In this document: one piece after another, positions 35,301-46,800 of the stretch
Numbering within the stretch: position 1 is the stretch's first letter
Layout of the letters: each line of letters begins with the position of its first letter
Assembly: GCA_963787255.1 (NCBI GenBank)
Contig: CAWBCJ010000026.1
Coordinates: forward strand, 68,514 to 132,513
Source of the DNA: Methanobacteriota archaeon
GTDB lineage: Archaea; Methanobacteriota; Methanobacteria; Methanobacteriales; Methanobacteriaceae
Reading direction: 5' to 3'
Length of the DNA stretch: 64,000 bases
Position numbers and translations under genes: made by a program
Notes under the pieces: model-generated
Seen by the model: the letters and a program-made list of their open reading frames with translations, nothing else
Database searches by the model: none
What the model was told of the DNA's origin: nothing

Positions 35301-36886
35301 CCAGTGCAAATTATCAGGATACTGTTGTTATTCATTTGAATGTGACCAATAACGGTCCTGATATGGCTAACTGGGTGGTTATCAATGATATCATCCCTGC
35401 AGATAGTATCCCTGTAGAATTGGATGATGGTTACTTAGATATAACATCAAATAGTCCAGCTTGGGGGTATGTTTATTATTCCCACCTTCAAAATTTAACT
35501 ATTTATATTGCTGAAATTGCAAATGGTGCTTCTTATGACGTTTGGATTAATGTAACCAATGTAGGACATAATAACCGCTTGATAACCAACACTGCATGTT
35601 TAGATACTACAGAAACAGATCCATATGACCCGAATCCAGATAACAATAATTCAACTGACTCTTACACTGCAAACGCTGCAGCTTATGTAACTATTTACAA
35701 GGAATTCAGAAACCTTCCTTGGGGTAACATCATAAACACTGCCTATTACAATGACAAAATATACGCTATAGTTCAAGTGAATAATGAAGGGCCTGATCAA
35801 ACTTCTTTGAGTGTATTGGATTCATTTACGGGTTTTAACTGGACCGGAACATATTATGTTATTTCAAATATCGGATCAATACCCAACATTGAAGATTACT
35901 GGAAAGTAAATGACACTGAAAACATATTTAACGGAACCCACTGGAATATACCTTCTCTAAGTTCTTCTATGGGAGGAACTGCAAAATGGTTGGCTATAGA
36001 AGGAATAATCAACCAAACAGGCACAATATTTAACCACGCAGAAACAGTAGATCAAAATACCTATCCATACGGAGGATACGATGAATATACAGCGTATTTA
36101 ACTGCTAATGCCATTCCAACAAACTTAACAATAGACAGTGCCTGCGGAAATAAAGGTAAAACAGTGAAGTTAAACGCCACTTTAAAAGACTACCAAAATA
36201 ATCCTTTAAATGGTAAAACAGTTAAATTCTACATAGATAATGTTAAAGTAGGAGAAAACACTACAAATACTAATGGTTTAGCTACATTTAACTACAATAT
36301 CGCCCTTATTGGCGGAACCTACAACATTACAGCACAATTCACAGGTGATAATGCATATGCAGCTTCCAGTGGTAATGGAACTCTTAAAGTTAACCAATCC
36401 AGCATCTATATACTAACGACTGCAAGTAAAAACAATCCAACAGTAGGAGAAACAATAACACTAACATTCAAACTAGGAAACAACGGACCCGACCCAGCAG
36501 ACGACGTGGTATTTACTTATATGATTCCAGAGGGTATGGAATTTGTAAGCATAGAAACCGAACCAGGGTATCCTGCAGCAACATATGATTCTGCAACCAG
36601 GACCATAACATGGAAACTCGGAACAGTACCAATATTAGATCCTTGGCTTAACGTCAACGTGAAAGTTCTAAGATCAGGTATTTTCAATGTTAATCCAACA
36701 GTAACCACTACAACATATGACCCGACTTTAGGAAGCAATATACAACAAATAACAATAAACGCAGTAAACGAAGTAAAAGCTACAAGTAAAACAGTGGGAA
36801 TGCAGAATACGGGATTACCCATAAACTACTTAATACTGGCTATTTTAGCTATTATAAGTGGTTTATTAGTACCAAAAAGAAAATAA
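32340..36886 (+). CDS. adhesin-like protein: two beta-helix (GGAI/FxxN) regions, DUF11 and Ig-like domains, MQNTG-TM tail (frameshifts ~34985, ~35125)
   Basis: IYV..GND..G....PYLTIQ, many FTxNxA..GGAI repeats, NWWG; VGMQNTG, TM, KRK; start codon uncertain. Confidence 0.88.
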
Positions 36887-37015
36887 AAACCATTTTTTTT
36901 CTTTTTCTTTTTTTTGGATATTTTAGCACTTATTAACGGATATGAATAAAAAATTAAGTCATATTAATTATAATATTATATTTATACAATTTTTCTTTAC
37001 ATGGGAATGATTTAA

Positions 37016-37987
37016 TTGGAATTACATTTTAAAAAAACTTCAAAAGAAGCTAGAAACGTTATGTGCGAGGCAGTAATTGAAACTGACTTAAAAAATAAAC
37101 AAAATTATATATTATCAGCTGAAAATGAAATAAGCACGCTTACAGGACATGAACACGTAAAAGTTGTAAATAGTGGTAATGCAGCTATTTTAGCAGTTAT
37201 GAGTGCTTTTAAAGGTAAAATATTAATTCCAGATCAAGGTGGCTGGACAGGATTCAAAAATACTGCAGAATTCCTTGGTCTTGAGACTATAGAAATGCCT
37301 ACCACGCTTGGAATCATTAATGCGGGTAAATTGGAAGAATTTATTGATGTGCATCAGCCTGAAGTTCTTTTTCTTACAAGTTTTGCAGGATACATCGCTG
37401 AACAGCCAGTAAAGGATTTATTTAAAGTATGTGATAATAATGACGTGGTTTTGGTGGAGGATGCCTCTGGAGGAATAGGGGATCCTCAAAAAAGACTTGC
37501 AAATGGAGATCACGCTCACATTATTTTAGCTTCAACTGGTTCTCCAAAAATAGTAAACGTTGGAAGCGGTGGATTCATTTCCACAAATAACAATGAAATT
37601 CTTAGAAGATCGAAGTTCATTTTAAGATCTTTAAAAGCAAATCATGTTACTTGTGCAGGAATAACAGCGGAAATCAAGAATGCACCGAATGCTTTAGAAA
37701 AAACAATAAATGCATGTCTGTTTATAAAAAATAAGCTTAAAACAGCGATTCATCCAGATAAGAGGGGAATTACAGTGGCTTTAAAGACGGATAATCCTAA
37801 AAAAACGGGTTATTTGCTCCGGCAGAAACTAAAAGCTGATGGAAGAAATATTATAACTACTTGCCCTAGATATGATCGTCTAGAGATGGATGCCGTTTGC
37901 CTAGAAGTTAAAAATCTTGACTTAAGATGTCTAGAAAAGGATACTCTTACAGAACTAGTTCAGATAGTTAAGGGGATAATTGATTAA
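37016..37987 (+). CDS. PLP-dependent transferase superfamily protein
   Basis: VNSGNAAI, LVEDASG, STGSPK, GGFI. Confidence 0.7.
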   Translation: MELHFKKTSKEARNVMCEAVIETDLKNKQNYILSAENEISTLTGHEHVKVVNSGNAAILAVMSAFKGKILIPDQGGWTGFKNTAEFLGLETIEMPTTLGIINAGKLEEFIDVHQPEVLFLTSFAGYIAEQPVKDLFKVCDNNDVVLVEDASGGIGDPQKRLANGDHAHIILASTGSPKIVNVGSGGFISTNNNEILRRSKFILRSLKANHVTCAGITAEIKNAPNALEKTINACLFIKNKLKTAIHPDKRGITVALKTDNPKKTGYLLRQKLKADGRNIITTCPRYDRLEMDAVCLEVKNLDLRCLEKDTLTELVQIVKGIID

Positions 37988-38006
37988 TTAATAAACAAAT
38001 TTTTTT

Positions 38007-38508
38007 TTATGAATCTAATATTAGTAATGTTGTTTTTTCTATCATAACATTAGTGATGCTGCCTGAAGCATCAATTTCAGCATCAGATATTTTATAAATC
38101 CCTTTAAGAATATTTTCATCTGGTTTTAAGACGTTATCATCTCTTTTATCTAATATTTTCTCTAATTCTTCAATTATATCTTCTCTACAATTTAGGGCAA
38201 CTGCACAAATATTCATTTCACCATTTTTGATTCCTAGAACATCTAATGCTTTAGAGATTTGTCTTTGTGCTGATGCGCGCAGGCATATTTCTAGTCCGAG
38301 GTCATTTGCAATGTTTTCATCCCTTTCAAATGCTTTAATTGCGTGAACTGTTGCATGAAGTGCGTGTTCTTTTCCTGCAATTCCATCTGCATTTAAAAGT
38401 TGAAGAGTGCAATCCGTGGCTAATTTCGTTTATTTGGGTCATTAATTCTTTAAAATCAGTTATTTTGTGTTTAAAGCCTGCAATTTTTATATTATCTTCT
38501 AATTCCAT
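38007..38508 (-). CDS. cgi121: KEOPS complex subunit Cgi121 (frameshift ~38415)
   Basis: Intermediate frame QLLNADGIAGKEH..ANDLGLEICLRASAQRQISKAL. Confidence 0.88.
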
Positions 38509-38547
38509 ATAAAAAATCCTCATTTAATTTTCTAATTTAAGTATTTT

Positions 38548-39110
38548 TTATTTGACTTTATCCATTATTTTATTCCTTAAAATTAAATAAAAGATGGATT
38601 CCCTTAAATTTTTAGCTCTAAAGGACATGTATGTTTTTACTACTCCTCTAAAGAATTTGGAGAAAGCAAATATTATTTCAAGTAGTATAACGAGCTGAAT
38701 AATAACTAAAAGTATGGTTGTTAATCCACTTAAAGAAAAACTCACCTTTAAAGTGGATAAATCCAGAAAGTTGCCGAATACATTTTCCATGAATAAGAAG
38801 AGGAATAAGCCTATTATAAATTGGACTGTGGACATGAAGAACAGTTCGCCGGCTTCAACAATTGATTTTTTTACTTTATGGTTTAAATCACTCATTGCCA
38901 TTATATAGGTGAATGCTAGAAGGGATAGTGTAGCTGATACTAAAACAAAAACTTCTATTAGGCTTATAATCTCATCAAAATTCTTAATTTGGATTGCACC
39001 TATTATCCAGGGTATTAGAAATCCAATGGTTAATATTATGCTTAGATATGTGGATATGAGTGATCCAATAACTTTATAAGCCTTTTCAAGATGCACAAAT
39101 TTTGACGAAT
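38548..39110 (-). CDS. archaeal hypothetical membrane protein, 5' end cut at the junction
   Basis: Hydrophobic AT-rich C-terminal part of chimeric ORF 38548-39783. Confidence 0.6.
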
Positions 39111-39120
39111 TCAAGGGATC
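39105..39120. other. junction between archaeal and bacterial sequence
   Basis: Abrupt AT-rich to GC-rich switch; genes on both sides truncated. Confidence 0.92.
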
Positions 39121-39538
39121 ACGGGCAAAGGCCCCATGAGCGCTACTGCCTCGGGCTATCTCCAGATGGGCAACTGTGCCGGGGTCTGTGTGATGCCCTT
39201 CATGTTCTTCGGGAACTATCCCCTGATCGAACTGCTGAATGCCGTCACCGGCTGGGGGCTCGATGTGACGGAAGCCCTCGCCACCGGGGCGCGGAACTAG
39301 ACCCTGCGCCAGAGTTTCAATCTCCGCGAGGGCATCCAGGCCGCAGACGTACGGTGCGGACCGCATGGCCGGGCGTCCGCCGCTGGTCGCAGGGCCCCTG
39401 GCCGGGGTCGCCATCGACGTGGACAGCTTGGCGCGCGAATACCGCACCGCCATGGGCTGGCATGCGCAAACAGGTGTGCCGGAGGAAGCCACGCTGAAAC
39501 GGCTCGGGCTGGCGGAGCTGGTTAAGACCTGCGGATAA
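39116..39538 (+). CDS. aldehyde:ferredoxin oxidoreductase, C-terminal fragment (error-rich)
   Basis: Hand translation: AGVC..ELLNAVTGW..GAR..LRQSFNLREG..EYRTAMGW..GVPEEATLKRLGL*. Confidence 0.85.
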
Positions 39539-39548
39539 AAAAAGTGGA

Positions 39549-39840
39549 ACCTAAATTGAGCGATTCTTGTTGGTTTCTGCGGGAAGGGCCCGCTGGGGCC
39601 TGCCGTCCGCATGGGCCGCCGCAATCTTCTCCCAGGCCGTCCAACGCCCCCGCGGTCTCGATATCCCCAGCACAGGCAGCGGCGGCCGTCACGACGTGGG
39701 GTGTGACTACCGCGGCTGCCTGGGGTTATCTGAGCGACCCCGCGGGCGTTGAGCGAGCCGGGGAGGATATTGCGGCGACCCATGCGGACGGCAGACCCCA
39801 GCGGGCCTATACGTCAATCGACAGAATCGCTCAACTAGGT
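39549..39840. mobile_element. palindromic MITE-like element, copy 1
   Basis: TIR ACCTAAATTGAGCGATTCT/AGAATCGCTCAACTAGGT; GGA on both flanks; long internal inverted repeat. Confidence 0.85.
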
Positions 39841-39902
39841 GGAATTAAAACTATCGGGCAGAAGACAACAACGGCGGAAAAATCTATCGAATTAGGCGCA
39901 CC

Positions 39903-40412
39903 ATGAAAAAAAATGTTCTCCTGATGATGGTCGTTTTTACCTCCCTCGTCTTGCTTTCATCCGATGCTTTCGCGAAGGGGGGACCTAAAGTAAATTTAAG
40001 AGATTATCAAGCCGAAAAGCCAAACACGTGTCCCATTCTGCAGAGATGGGTAGGGGACTATCCGGTGGCCCAACTCGATCGTCTCCCGGTAGGGCAGAGT
40101 CAGTCCGGCGTCGGATACATCGGTGACGCGGAGACGTTTGCATCGGTGTGGCAGGTTCTCAAACCGGGCACCGCCTTACCCCAGGTAGATTTCAACAAGA
40201 ATCTTGTGGTCTTTGTACGTAACGTCAAATTATACCATCATACGCTCGTTGAGAAGGTGACCCTCAAAGACGGCGTCGCAGAGATCGTTGCCGCTCAGCC
40301 TCTGACGCCCGCACAACCGATTGAGGATCGAGTCGCGATGGGATTGGCAGTGATTTCCCGGGAGGGACTTAAATTCATTCACGCGGACAATGAGCAGATA
40401 CCCGTTCGTTGA
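39903..40412 (+). CDS. exported hypothetical protein (weakly PrcB C-terminal-like)
   Basis: Signal peptide ending AFA; LPQVDFNKNLVV motif. Confidence 0.7.
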   Translation: MKKNVLLMMVVFTSLVLLSSDAFAKGGPKVNLRDYQAEKPNTCPILQRWVGDYPVAQLDRLPVGQSQSGVGYIGDAETFASVWQVLKPGTALPQVDFNKNLVVFVRNVKLYHHTLVEKVTLKDGVAEIVAAQPLTPAQPIEDRVAMGLAVISREGLKFIHADNEQIPVR

Positions 40413-40435
40413 TTCTGGCGCACCGCGACGGCTGT

Positions 40436-40503
40436 ACGTAATTGGGCTTTTTTGGTTTTTCGGAAGGCCCGAGCGAATCGCACAGTATCGCTCAATGTTG
40501 GAT
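40436..40503. mobile_element. degenerate MITE derivative lacking the central hairpin
   Basis: ACGTAATTGGGC..TTTGGTTTTTCGGAAGGCCC joined to ..ACAGTATCGCTCAAT. Confidence 0.65.
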
Positions 40504-40567
40504 ATGGGCTGATCTTAGAGAACCTGATTCAATCCATGGTCAACGCCGCGAGAGCATCTCAACCCCG

Positions 40568-41420
40568 CTATTCATACAGATGCGGATAGTGCTCCTTCCA
40601 CCGCCGCATCAGCCAGAACCACTGCTCGGGATGCTGCCGCACCATCCCGTTCCACCACGTCGGTGATGCGCTGGGTGTTCCCGACCAGGTCCGCGCCGCA
40701 GGTCCCGGCTCCGACGCATCTCGATGGCCGGCCCGTCGTGGATCCCGATGGTGCCGTCGGCTTCCCGCAGGCAGAAGACGGGCAGCGACCGGGCTTCGGC
40801 ACCGCAGCGCCAGCATCGCCACCGCCGGGGTCGCGGTGGCCTTCTTTCCGAAAAATTCAATGTCGATCGCCGTCCTTGCTGCTGGCCATGTCCACCAGGA
40901 TGGTGAGCATCCCCGCCCTGCCGTAGGATTTTCGTCATGTCGGCGAGGCGTCCTTCTTGTAGAGGATCTAGTTCCCGAACCGGGTGCGAATCCTGTGAAG
41001 CCAGTTATCGAACAGGCGGTCCTTGAACTTCTTCGCCACCGCCGTCAGAGTCATGTCGAAAAGGCAGGGCATGGCCTGCATGCCGAACTCCCAGTTGCCC
41101 ATGTGGGCCGAAACGAGGATGACCCCCTGCTGCGGGGAAACTTTATCTAAAACCTGGTCGAGACCATGCAGTTTGACGCGGCTCAGGACCTGTTCGCGGC
41201 TGAAAAACATCATCTGCATGATTTCCACCATCGTGATCCCATAATTCTGAGCCACGTCCCAGGCAGTCCGTCGGACCCATCGCGGGCTGGCTTCGGGAAA
41301 CGCAAACCGCAGGTTTCTTAGGGCGATTCGGCGCCGGGAAATGGCGCAGAAATACAGCAGTCCGCCTAAAATGCGGCCCAACAGCTTCGTAGGCAGGTGG
41401 GTGATGAGGTGTTTCAGCAT
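40568..41420 (-). CDS. lipid A acyltransferase, LpxL/HtrB family (frameshifted)
   Basis: RRRIALRNLRFAFPE, SAHMGNWE, VRQHPEQWFWLMRRWK. Confidence 0.88.
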
Positions 41421-41609
41421 GGTATCGATCGGGTTCCTGGTGGCAGCGAGTCGACGATGCCTCGACGCGAGGCACCGCATCGGCCGAAGGCCGCCTTGCA
41501 TGGTTTTTACCAAAAATTTATTATTTATTAAAACTTATCCGGCCTGTCAATAACGGCTGGCGCATCATGTCGCCGGCGCACCCTCACCACCCATGAAGAG
41601 CGCGGCGCC

Positions 41610-43720
41610 TCAATCTAACAATTCCGCGTGTCCCCTCACCTGGAACCAAACCGAATCGATTGTCGCCCCGCCGGCATCGCTGAGGGAGAGGACGTATCGA
41701 CCCGCCGCGGGATCCCAGTGCGTCGGACCACGGACAAGCCCCAGATCGCGGCCGTTGAGCGCCCAGCGCAGCCCGTCACTCCGGCCCTGAGCCGAAAAAA
41801 CGATCCGCTGGCGCTCCCGGGGCATGTCGGATCCAACGCGAAGACAGCTCCTGCCGGTGGGTATGTGATGCGCACGCCGGCGGCCTCGGGGCGCAACGAC
41901 GCAGCTCCGGCGGGCTCGGTGCCGCGGATGAACCACTCCTCCCGCATTGCGGAAGACGCCCAGGCCGGGCCGCGCACGAGCCCCGGCGGCACGGCCGCCG
42001 CCAGGCTCGGGCCCTGCCGGTGCAGCAGGTCCATCACCTCCAGCCAGACCGGTGCGGCGCCGGTGACGCCGCTCACGTCCCACATGGGCTCGCCCGTGAA
42101 GTTGCCCACCCACACGCCGACCGTGAAACGCGGCGAGTAGCCGATGCACCAATTGTCGCGCATGTCCTTGCTGGTGCCGGTCTTGACGGCTGCCCGGAAG
42201 CGCGTGGCCAGGGGGTTCTCCAGGCCGAAGGTCAGGCTGCGGGCCTCGCGATCGGCGAGGATGTCGGAGACGAGAAACGCGGCCTCGGGGGAAAACACGG
42301 GCTTAAGCTCTGGCGCTTGCGCCGGCCGCGTTAAGAACGACTCGCCCGTCCGCCCGCCGTTCGCCAGGGCGCGATACGCATGCACCAGCTCCCAGAGGGT
42401 CACGTCCGCGGCGCCGAGCGCGAGCGCCGGCCCGTAGAAGTCGCCCGCCTCGCGCAGCCCGTGGAACCCCAACTCCCGCAGCGTTCCCAGGAAGGCTTCG
42501 CCGCCCACCATCTCCAGGGCGCGCACCGCCGGTATGTTCAGAGACGAGGCGAGCGCGCTGCGCGCGCTCACGCTGCCCCTGAACCCGCCGTCGTAGTTTC
42601 CGGGCTGGTAGATCCCGCTGTCCACGGCCACGTCCAGGGGGCTGTCGTCCAGCAGGGAGGCCGGCGTCAGGATCCGGCGGTCGAAGGCGAGCGCGTAGAG
42701 AAACGGCTTCAACGTGGAGCCCGCCTGCCGCCGGGCCGTGACCCCGTCCACAAAACGGGACCGGACAGGATCCGCGGTGGTGCTCACATAGGCCAGAACA
42801 TCGCCGGTCGCATTCTCCACCACGAGCACGGCCCCCTCCCCCACGTTCTGCGCCTTCAGGGGCAGAAGGTGATGGGCGAGCCGCTCCAGCGCAAACCGCT
42901 GGATATCGGCGTCCAGGCTGCAGGCAACCGCCTGCCCGGCCTTGCCCCGCAGCAACCGCCGGGCCGCGTGCGGCGCGAGATCGACTCGGGGCCGAATCGG
43001 GCGGGGGTGTGAAAGCGCCTCACCCGCGAGGGCGCGAATGTCTTCGCTTTCCGCCGCCCAGCCCAGCGCCTGCCGCAGCTGCACGGCCCGTTCGGCAACC
43101 TCCGCGGCGGAAGCGTTGGGGGAGCGAATCAGTGCCGCCAGAAGCAGCGACTCGGCGCCGTCGATCCCATGCGGCTCTTTTCCGAACAGCCCGCGCGCAG
43201 CCGCCGCCACGCCCTGGAACTCGCCCCGGAAGGAGACGAGGTTGAGGTAGGCTTCGAGGATGCGGGCCTTGCTCCAGCCCTGCTCGATGTGCCAGGCGGC
43301 TTGGATCTGCCGCCACTTCTCGGAGATCGTGCGGCGTCCGCCGGGCCCCTGCAGGCTCTTGTCCAGCATGGACGCAAGCTGCATGGTGATGGTGCTGGCC
43401 CCCCGGGGTCTGCCGGAGAAAATGCCCCGGATCGCGGATGCGGCGAGCGCTCGAAAATCCGCGCCGCCGTGCATCCAGAAGCGCTTGTCCTCGGCCCGGA
43501 CCACGGCCGCCTGCAGCGCCGGCGAAATAGCGTCCACCTCGACCCAGCCGAGCCGCCGCAGGCTCTGGTCGGTCCTGAGCTCGTGCAGCACCACGCCGTT
43601 GCGGTCGAGCAGCAGAGAATCCGACACGCGAAAGCCCGCCCGCACGTCTTGGTAGGTCGGCTGAGCCAGGGCTGCGCCAACGATCAACAGGGTGGCTACA
43701 AACGCGCCGCCGAAATCCAT
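41610..43720 (-). CDS. pbpC: penicillin-binding protein 1C (frameshift ~41820)
   Basis: AEDKRF, GASTITMQ, GSTLKPF, SLN, KTGTS; downstream of alpha-2-macroglobulin. Confidence 0.93.
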
Positions 43721-43896
43721 GCACTTTCTGAATATTTACTGTCCATAAACTACTTAAGTCTCAGGGTATCGGAATTCAATGTTCCACGATTCCGTCCATC
43801 TAAAGATTAGAGTTTATCACCTTGTTTGGGATTTCGGGATTCGTGTTTTTCGAATCCTGATATCTCGAAACCTCTCCCACCTAGGTTCGTTACCCA

Positions 43897-46800
43897 TCAG
43901 GGATCAACCACCATCTCCGCGTTCGGTATCTCTCCCATCATCTCCGGCGCATACAGCGCCTCCACCCGCGTGGGCGGCAGCTGGAACGAACCGCTCTGGT
44001 TGAGGCGCAGGGTGTACTCCACGGTCCACGCGCCTTTGGGCACGACCTCGTAGTAGGCCCGGAAGGCCCCGAACGAGCGTTCCTCGTAGGCCGGCCAGAC
44101 CCGGCCCTTGCGCTCCTCGCCTTGGGTCAGGATCCGCGAATCCCGGCCGAGGCCGGTGCCCAGGATCGTGGCGCCGGCCGGCACCGGGTCGCTCACCGCC
44201 ACCCACGTCATGTCCGCCTGGGCCTCGATCTCGAGCCGCACGCGCACGATGTCGCCCCGACTCCAGCGCTCCGGCGCCTTGCGGTCCACGGCGGAAACCG
44301 TTTTCCGGATCGAATACCCGCTTGAAAGGGCCTCTTTCAGCGGAATCGCCGCCAGGCTCTGGATGGTCAGCCACGGTTTGCCCGTCCCCTGGTGCAGCGC
44401 GTCAAGCTCGGCCTTTTCAGCCGGCCAGGCCAGGAGCGCGGCATCGCCCTTGGGGTTGGCGGCCCAGTCGATAACCCGGTTTTGGCCGGCGAGGTCCACG
44501 CGGGTCGTGCCGGTGACCGGCTCGGTTTCGAACTTCCGCGAGAACCGCTCCATGGCGAGAACTCCCCAGGCATTGGCGGTCGTAAGATCCCAGCACCCGG
44601 CCCGCTGCCGCGCCAGGGCGCCCCGCACGAGCCTGGGCATGTCCGCCTGCCAGGCGTCCAGCCGCAGTGCCGTCAGGACCAGGCGCACGGCATTGACATC
44701 GTTTGAGACCATCAGCCACCACAGGCGGTCCGAGGCCTCGGTGGAAAAGGCCATCACCGTCCCCTGGTACGTCAGCCGCGCTCGGAGCACCTGCTCGGCC
44801 TGGGCCAGCCGTTCCGCGCGGTTGGGCAGGGCCGGCATGTTGAGCAGGATCCCCACCCAGTCGATCACGGCCGAGGTCGGCCACAGGTTCGGGTCGACGG
44901 CGATCGAACCGAGCAGCTTGGGTTCGGCCTCGCCGTAGCGCGAGAGGGCTTCCAGCGCGGCGAGCTTGCGGATGGCGAGGTCTGCCGTGGGCAGGGGCGA
45001 ATACCGAACGAGGCTGCCGTCCACGAAGCGCTTGAGGCCCTGGGCCGCCTGCCGGCGCAGGGCCTCGGGCAGCATCCAGCCGGCCTCCTGGCTGATGGCG
45101 AGGATGTAGGCGGTCAGCACCGGGTCCCCGTGCGTGGTGGACGGGAAGTACTTCACCAGGCCGTCGGCGTCCATGTAGGAAGGAATCTGGGCCACCCAGC
45201 GCTCCCACAGGGCCTGATCCCGCAGCGCCACCGCCACTGAAATCTTCTGTTCCATGCACCCGTAGGGGTAGCGCCGCATGGCGTCGGCAACAGCACTCAG
45301 CCCGTCGCCGAGGCTCCCCCGGGCGCTCACGCGCACGCCGCCGCCGGCCAGCGCATCGGCCGGCCGCGCGACGCCGAGCGCAAGCCGCCCCTCCAGCTGG
45401 TTCAGGCTCGCCTGAAACACCCGCAGCGGCACGGCCGGCGCGACGTGCTGCACGACCCGCAAGCGGTCCCGGGCGGCCGTCTCTTTGGCCGCCGCGTCGA
45501 TCTCCCAGGCCACCTCCTCCGCGCCGGAGGGTGCCGTCACATCCCAGAAAAGCTCGCGCGCCTCGCCGGCTGCCAGGGATACCGTCTGGGGCACCGGCAC
45601 CGGGGATATGCCGGCAGCGCGGGCGGAAACGTCCACCGCCACTAGCTGCCGCGAGGTGTTGCGCACGGTGACGCCGGCGCGGAAGCGGTCGCCCTCCCGC
45701 ACCAGCGGCGGCAGACCGGAGAACACCATCAGGTCCTGGGTGGACTGGATCGACACAGCGCCCGTCCCGAAGAGGCCTGTCCCGCCGGTCGCCGCGGCAA
45801 CGATGCGGAAGGAGGTGATGGCGTCGTTGAGCGGCACCTCGATCTCGGCTGCGCCGAGCTCGTTCAGGGGCAGCCGGGCTTTCCACAGAAGGAGCGTGTC
45901 CAGCAGCTCGCGCGTGGCCTGACGGCCGCCGCCGCCCCCCTGGGGCAGCGCCTTGATCCCGTAATGCCGCTTGCCCACCACCTGCATCTGGGCCGTAGCG
46001 GTCTGCACTTCGTAACCGCGCCGTCCCATCAGGGCGGGCAGCAGGTCCCAGCTCTTGTTGGCCATGAGTTCGAGCAGCCCCTCGTCCACGGCGGCGAGCG
46101 CCACCTCGCTTCCGGCCGGCGGCGCCTTGCCGTCGGCCGTCGCCGCCCGAACCGTGACCTTGACCTTTTCCCGGACGTTGTAGACGCTCCGGTCCGTGGT
46201 GAGCGTGACCTTCAGCTCGTGCGCGCGCCACCCCACGTTGATCTCGGCCATGCCGAGCTTGAAGGCGGGCTTGCCCAGGTCCGCCATGGCCGTGGGCTGC
46301 ACCGCACCGGTGCGGCCGCGCACCGCGAGCACCGATACGAAGACGTTGGGCGCGTAGTTGCCCTTGATGGGGATGTGCACCACGGGTTCGCGGCCGGAGA
46401 TCTTCCGCACCCAGGTGTCCAGGACACCTTCGCGTTCGACTGAAATCAGCGCCGTGGCCTCGCGGAACGGCATGCGCACCTGGAACACAGCGGATTCTCC
46501 GGGCTCGTACCGCTTGCGTTCGGGCAGCAGATCCATGCGGTCGTGGTCCGCGGCCTCGAACCACCATTCGCTTTTCCCGGCCACCCACACCGACCGGTTG
46601 GCAAACGTGCGGTTGCCGCTCGCGTCCCGGCTTTCGGCCGCCAGGATCACTTCGCCCGACAGCGGCGATGCGGTTTCGCACAGCAGCAGCCCCTTCGCAT
46701 CGGTCTTGCCCTCGATCAGGGTCGCGATCCGCTTGATCTCCACGGTGTGATCGTAGGCGTAAAACCCGCCCACCAGGCGCTTGCGGTGGGAGATCACCTT

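Noticed and set aside
39298-39300. In-frame TAG in the AOR fragment as pyrrolysine or readthrough
   Set aside because: It lies in error-rich sequence at the contig edge near a frameshift, and no pyl genes are present in the window
38548-39783. 411-aa ORF as an archaeal-bacterial fusion protein
   Set aside because: It spans the junction; its N-terminal part is antisense read-through of the MITE and AOR fragment
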